A stretch of DNA of 64,000 nucleotides from Amoebophrya sp. A120 (lineage: Eukaryota; Protista; Dinoflagellata), in the NCBI GenBank assembly GCA_905178155.1, contig CAJINV010000021.1, positions 545,530 to 609,529 on the forward strand. The letters run 5' to 3'. The notes under the pieces were generated by a model. The model ran no database searches. It worked only from the letters and a program-made list of their open reading frames with translations, and was not told the DNA's origin. The translations under genes and the position numbers were made by a program. Shown here in pieces: positions 58,143 through 64,000 of the stretch. Within the stretch, counting starts at the first letter, position 1. Every line of letters begins with the position of its first letter.

Positions 58143-61100
58143 CGCGCTGTGTGCCTGAGGAATAGCCCGACCAGCTCGCGCTCTCCCTCTCTGCACCTGC
58201 AGCCCGTGCTTTTCTTTTACTGCAAGCCTGCGCAATCCTATTTCTCGCATGGTGAAGTAGTAGTAGTGTGATAGATTTCCCGAGGCGTTCAGAGGATCGC
58301 TACAGAAATCAGCGAACTCGTTGCGAGTTCTTCGTCCAGGTCAACAACTTCAACTGGGAGGTTACTCTTGAAGTGTCTCCTGCAGTCCTTCACTAAGCTC
58401 ACGCTAACTCTCAAATTTCGCTTGCCATTTACAAGGCAAATAAATCGTAAATTTGCATAAAAAAGTTTTGTACACAAAAGTAAAAAAGCCGCCGCTCTGC
58501 ATAAAAAAATCAGCGCTGCGTACCTGTATTGCATACGGAGGGCCTATAGCTACATGTACATTCGTCTATCAGTATTACTACACTCATCACTGAATACTTC
58601 CGTGCCTTCCTGCTTGTTCTAAACTAAAGTTATAAAAATGTACCATATTATTTTCAAACAGCACTGCGGCTCATCTTCAAATCCGGCATCACCGCAACAT
58701 CATCATCATCATCTTCTCGCACGCTGGAACGTTGTGCACAGATGCAAGAAACATTGTTAGTGCAACTTTGTGACGCGCAACTACATACAAAACGATTGCA
58801 TCTGTCATGCTGGGCATGCGTTGTAAGGTCCATTCAGGCGCGTTTTTACGTGCCGTCAGTGCATGACGGGCTCCTGTTCTCGTCATGCCAAACAAATTTG
58901 CAATGCTGTTCCTGCAAAAAAGTTACACCTACAATCTTTATTTTCTCTTGGATAACACATTCATCTAGTACATTAATCTTCGCGCAGCCATCAACAGCTT
59001 CTTGTTTTTCAGTGGAACTTCGTGTTGAGAAATGTGATCAACTGGAGGTAGTTTTTGCTTGCGATGCCCAGCATACGGTCAGAAAGTCTGCAAAAACGTG
59101 GAACGGCCGGGCTCGTCTCCCACTTCCGGAAGGACTGGGCATATTTTTTTTTTTATATATTATGTCCACATCCATCTTACTACCCATACAAAAACATCAT
59201 TTCATCTTCCCATAAAAGAACAAAGCGCGAACAACTACAAATCACTTAAATCAAAAGGAGAGCCATGACGGCGCACCGCAGTAATATACCCGCCTCCTGG
59301 TGCTGGCCCTTCTGGGTTGTAGTCGATCAAATTGGTCACGCACTCTGCGTTCAGCAACAAAATAACCCGCGTTGTCGCCGTTGCCGTCGCGACCGTGGCT
59401 GTGGTGAACGGCAATTTTGGGAAATCTATGCGGTTACGATCCTCAACGGATGTGGAAGCTACCAGCTATGAGCTCCGAAATTGCGCGTGCATTGGGTTCA
59501 CATCAAACAACCCTGCAGCCGCGCAATCAAAGACCCATCAATGGTCTTCTTCATTTCTTCGTCCTGGTTGCCCTCTCATCATGCGCTACATGATGATGAT
59601 GTTGAGGACCATCAAAAATAACAGCATAGGCATGCAAGTGCAGTAGTTGCAAGCTCTGTACGAATACCGATAGCATGCATGGCTACGACTTTGCATTCAA
59701 ACAGAAATTATTATTATCGGGCACACGTCAATACTTTCTTCTCGCTTGTTTCATCATTAATTCGGCCCATCCCCACGATACTTCCATGTCCATCCGGGAA
59801 GTTCGTAATGAAGTACTCGCCGTCGCCGTGCTTTTCCCTGTCGTACTCCTCGCTGACGGCTGCATGATATTGAGGATTCGAGGTTTCATCTTTCAACCCT
59901 AGATATAGTTAAAACACGACGCTGAAGAGATAAAGAGCCGTAAAGTCACGATGTAAAAAAAAACAAAAAAAAAATTGGCAAACTTACTGTATTCCTTCCC
60001 ATATATATTCACTGCCCGCTGCCTGACATAGTATCGGTTCCCCTGCTGCACCAGCTCGCGCGTTGCTCCATTCGGTAAGATGATACTCATGCTCCTCCCA
60101 TCCCCATTGATGTTCGATGGTGAGAAATCACCTTCAGGTGTCGCCTCTCCGGACATCAGAAACGAGGACGCAACACCGCTGCCCTCCGAAAGGGCGCCGG
60201 AGCAGTACTGACCGTGCTCATCACGGTCCAGCTTTTTGTCCTGATTGCGATCAACCGACTCCGGGCAGGCCTCCGCTTCCGCACCCTCCAGGTACCCGCT
60301 CTCGTCGGCGTCCAGGAGATCGAACTGCGCCGCGTTGGAAACGTCTTGGGACGTGACGCCGTACTCGACAGCGAGGTCCACCTATCCAAAGGAAAAGCGT
60401 TATCGCGATCACTCTTATCAGCAAACAAAGTTCGACTCGTCCTCTTTTTGAGAAAAGCAAGCTACTTCTCGAGGCGTTGCGAAGCATGCTGATTGGGGGC
60501 TTGCGATGAAGCTATCGCTTATTTGTCGCATTGCTTTGAGCGTCAATGGCCTCGCAATATCCCGAGGGGGTCTTGTTTCTGGTTTGGTCTGCTTGTTCAG
60601 GCATGAGGCCCATTTGTATGCCCACACCACCCCTGGCAAAATGTCGTCGAAATAAGTTGGCCCTTTCGTACGAAGGTCTGTCCCGGAAGCGATGACATGT
60701 GCTCGAAGAATGGACTTGCACAACGGGTTCTGCCCTTTTCCAGAAGGTCCTACCTACAAAGGCGCAAGTAGAGCCAGTGCGAAATAGTATTTCGCACTGG
60801 CCTTGTATTACAAGGCCAAAGTTCGGGCACGTATCATCGTGTCCGGGAAGGTCCAGGCAGACTTTTGCGCGAATAGGCCAGTTTTCGGGTAAATGCTTGT
60901 GGGGCCTGGCCAAAAAAATGACCAAAAGAGCACCACTTCTTGAGCGGTTGTCGGAGTCCTCCGCGAGAGGCCTCCCCTCTCCCGCAAATGAACAAGTAGA
61001 CCACGTATGAAAGTAGAAAACTCCTCTGGTGGGCATGGCGAACATATTGTCCGAAGCAATGCGCAAAGCCTATTCCGAAGCGCAGCCTGTCCGGGAGGTA

Positions 61101-61738
61101 AATAAAGGGCGCCAAAGCATGGACTCGGACCGACACTTCCACGAAGAATGGTTTTCTTTCCGGAATAAAATGGGCTGAACTTTGGCTATATTAATGTATG
61201 TGTTCAAACGATAGCGATAGCGCTTTTTTTTGGATACCGCCGTCATCGTCTTCACGTGTTTCTGCGACGCTGCCGCAATCTTGCGCGCTTGCGTGAGAAT
61301 GCGCAAGCGACGCTTCGGCAAAGCAACCGAAGTTGCAGGCTTGTTTGCGTTGTGGTTCATCTGGGTCTTGAACGCGCTGGGTCGGTCTGGCGGACTGGAA
61401 CCTGTGTTATTCTGCGTTGGTTTTTTAACTGCCGAGCGAGTGACTTGCTCAGAATCATTCGTCAAATCAGAATCAGAATGCATGAGCATCCACATCCATT
61501 GTAAAATTGAGCGCACTGAGGCGCGTGATAAAGTGAAAATCTACGATAATGAATACCCTTCCCAGAGCCGGTTTTGCGGCCATACGCCCCCCCCCCCCCC
61601 CTTGGAGATCTGCGGCGCTCCCACGGGGCTGAAAATATCGGCCGCTTTATCCACCACGGCTTCCTCCAGGGAAAGCGCGGCCAACGGCAACGAGAGGAAC
61701 AAGAACATCACACGCAAACACAGCATGTTAACACGCAT
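58059..61738 (-). CDS. Putative secreted EF-hand protein, multi-exon (3' exons uncertain)
   Basis: Signal-like MLCLRVMFLFLSLPLAALS; EF-hands DADESGYLEGAE and DRNQDKKLDRDE. Confidence 0.5.
58741..58954. mobile_element. Probable introner (TATCCAAGA family)
   Basis: Resembles 16485-16693; TSD GCACA/ACACA. Confidence 0.65.
60383..61236. mobile_element. 854-bp introner with integrase-like remnant
   Basis: TIR TATCCAAAGGAAAAGCGTTATCGCGATC / GATAGCGATAGCGCTTTTTTTTGGATA; TSD CCACC/CCGCC; GT-AG readable and in frame. Confidence 0.85.
60418..61066 (-). pseudogene. Degenerate retroviral-type (rve) integrase core
   Basis: RIASD..MPTRG..LPE..DTCPNF-x~34-E, then after a frameshift KSILRAHV..FDDILPGVVWAY; recognised by eye only. 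Confidence 0.55.
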
Positions 61739-62329
61739 GATTGCTTCTTTTTCCACAAATATATTGTGAATCGGAAGAGAGCTTCTCTCGTATCCTAGCA
61801 GAAGGAATGGGAACGGAGGTGAAAATGATGAAGGTCAAGGTGGAAGCAACATGCCTTCTGTAGCGAGTTGTACGAAGGAGGAAAAAACCCACCGGCTGTT
61901 CAGGAAGTTAGTTTCAAACAACCGACAGCCTACTTCTGAAATCCCTCAATTTTCACAATGAAGATTTCACCCAAATAAAGCACCACAACGTCCTTGACAT
62001 ATCAGCTGTAGTTGCACTATGAATTATTATTTGGATCGTAGTTGAAGTTGAAGTAGTTTTCACTGTAGATATTACGAATGCTCTTTTATGCAGAGTCCCC
62101 TCCCCCTCGTTCACCTCATCGCGCTTCGACTCCTGTCTTTCACTTCTGTGAACACGAGGACCATGTGCAAAAGCAAAAGAAACCACTACCACATTGACGT
62201 TGTTCAACATTATAGATATCCTTCTTACATCGACGCATATCGTCGCGCAGATGAGAACTTTTCTGTTGTTACCATCGTCAACCCTAAGTGCATTGTTTTT
62301 TTTTTTATGATCTCTTACTTCATCATACA

Positions 62330-64000
62330 TCAGCTCGCAGAAGTTTCTTCTTCCAATCGCACTTGCAAGTAACGGTCAAACGCTTTCGACTCTGCCACAC
62401 TATCCTGTGCAAAAGTATCGCACTCGTATTGCAATCAAAATCATGCATTGCAAAAAATCTTTTTCTTAAAGGTGAATTCGCATATACAAGTTCTTTTATT
62501 TTTCATGCTGAGGAAATCTGTAATGCATTTATACGAGTACGATGCTGTTGCAGTGCATACACACTGTCTCGCTGCAACAGCGCCAGGTACCGGCGGCCGC
62601 TGTCGCTCCAGGTAGGAATTCGATCGTAAAAGCCTTGGAACTTGATGCGCCAGTCCTCGAGAAGAAGCTGGACACCAGCTCGTGGGTCGTTGTGCAACAG
62701 GCTGGACATAAATGAGGATCGATCTTCGCTGGAGGATGACGTTGGACTTGGTTGAAGAAGGTCAGCAGATGTAGTTGCTGTTGCACTACCTCCAGCGCCA
62801 TAGTCATGAGTCTGGACCGCGTCAGAATTATTTTTACCCGCTCGTTCAGAGGACACCTGAGGCACAGGCTCGTCACGTCTGAACCAGTTTCCTGAAGACC
62901 CCTGCTGAAACGCCGCGAGTACGGCAATGTGGGCCAGGCAGAAACTGAGTCGCGCCAGGTCCTCGAGGGTGCAACTGCGGGGTAGGAGGGATACGAAAAT
63001 AAATTGGCCGGTGAACAGCACGGCAGAGAACGCTGCGAAAACGGCCACAATCCCGAGGGAAACGAAAGTTGAGGCGACCGGGTCGTCCCAGAGTAGGACG
63101 TTGTAGCACTTTTCGCACACATCCAGCATGCCGAGAAAAAATTCCGCCTGTTCCAGCACGACGGCCGTGGTAGGCAGTTTTTTCGACAGCATCAACGCTT
63201 TTTCTCGCTGGCTCCCCAGGATCCAGTGCAAAATTATCGTTCTCGTAGTATTCGCAACCATGCATGACAAATCTCCCTCACAAGGTACATCACCATGACG
63301 AATTCCCGCCTCTGTCATTCTGAGCTAACTTGTATTGCAAAAATTACGTAGCTTCTACTAGTACCAGTACGATAGTACTATCGCATTTCATACCCACCAG
63401 CGGCGTCCGCTCGTGCTCCCAGACCACCCAGCCTCGGGAGGCGGCGGAGAGAGTCGTCGGGACGTCAGAGCACCAGCGCCCGCCTTGTTCTTGTCCTGTC
63501 GCGGCTGACGACGACGAAGAAGAGCCACGGCTGCCACCTGGGCTACCATTTAATATCACCTGCTCGAAGTAAAGAGGGTTTTTCCGTCGATTCTGGCCGA
63601 CGATGTAGACGAGCAGCAGAGCAAAAGCGAGGGGAAACAGCGTCCAGTGCAGTGCGTAGTAGGCGTATCCAAAAAAAAAACTGTGTAAGTGTAACTTTTT
63701 TGCAGGACTAGCATCACAGATTTGTTTTGCATGACAGAGAACCTGTCATGCGTAGCTAGTACGCGAAAACACGTATTAAAAAAACAGCCTCTGATGCATA
63801 TCCGGCATGACAAGTGTAACTGTTTTGCAATAGCTGCAAGACAAAGTTGCACTTACACAGTTTTTTTCTTGCATAAGGCGAGAAAGAAAAGCCCGTTCCG
63901 GTAAATAATTCTGGTCGTCTGCCTGTAGTACAAGAACGCCGGTCCATGTCTGAGTAGATCATTCTCATTGCTGCTAGTAGTAGTAGTTCTAGAGGAACTA
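62330..64000 (-). CDS. 3' part of an MCTP-like protein (PRT_C-type membrane C-terminus), runs off the window
   Basis: NVLLWDDPVASTFV plus long hydrophobic stretch and FYDRIPT. Confidence 0.55.
62401..62559. mobile_element. Introner (TGCAAAAGTATCG family)
   Basis: TSD CACAC; empty site in the duplicate at 58128-58132. Confidence 0.92.
63666..63875. mobile_element. Introner (A-run-CTGTGTAAGTGTAA family)
   Basis: Perfect TSD AGGCG; ~30-bp TIR. Confidence 0.9.

Noticed and set aside
124-64000. Reassigned stop codons, as reported for one Amoebophrya lineage
   Set aside because: Long exons are open under the standard code and paralogs end at ordinary stops.

Overview
Eukaryotic protist genomic window, most likely a syndinian dinoflagellate such as Amoebophrya (inferred from intron architecture only). 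Almost all host genes lie on the minus strand. They are interrupted by about 35 TIR-bounded 'introner' insertions, typically with TAT...ATA ends and a 5-bp target-site duplication (TSD). Removing an element plus one TSD copy restores the reading frame, usually without GT-AG borders. Genes: an F-box-like protein; an NADH-dehydrogenase-like/selenophosphate synthetase (SelD) fusion with 11 introners, one holding an intact, recent Ty1/copia LTR element; two tandem GH5 glycoside hydrolases with a membrane segment inserted in the barrel; an SLC35F transporter; a calflagin-like EF-hand protein; an MCTP-like 3' end; several hypothetical genes. Most notable: an 854-bp introner (60383-61236) carries what looks like a decayed retroviral-type DDE integrase, suggesting a Ginger/Tdd-like DNA transposon generates these non-canonical introns. 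Also seen: a Helitron-like insertion in a coding exon, an empty-site paralog, and two cases where a gene's 3' end is duplicated behind its downstream neighbour. All coordinates and alignments were read by eye.
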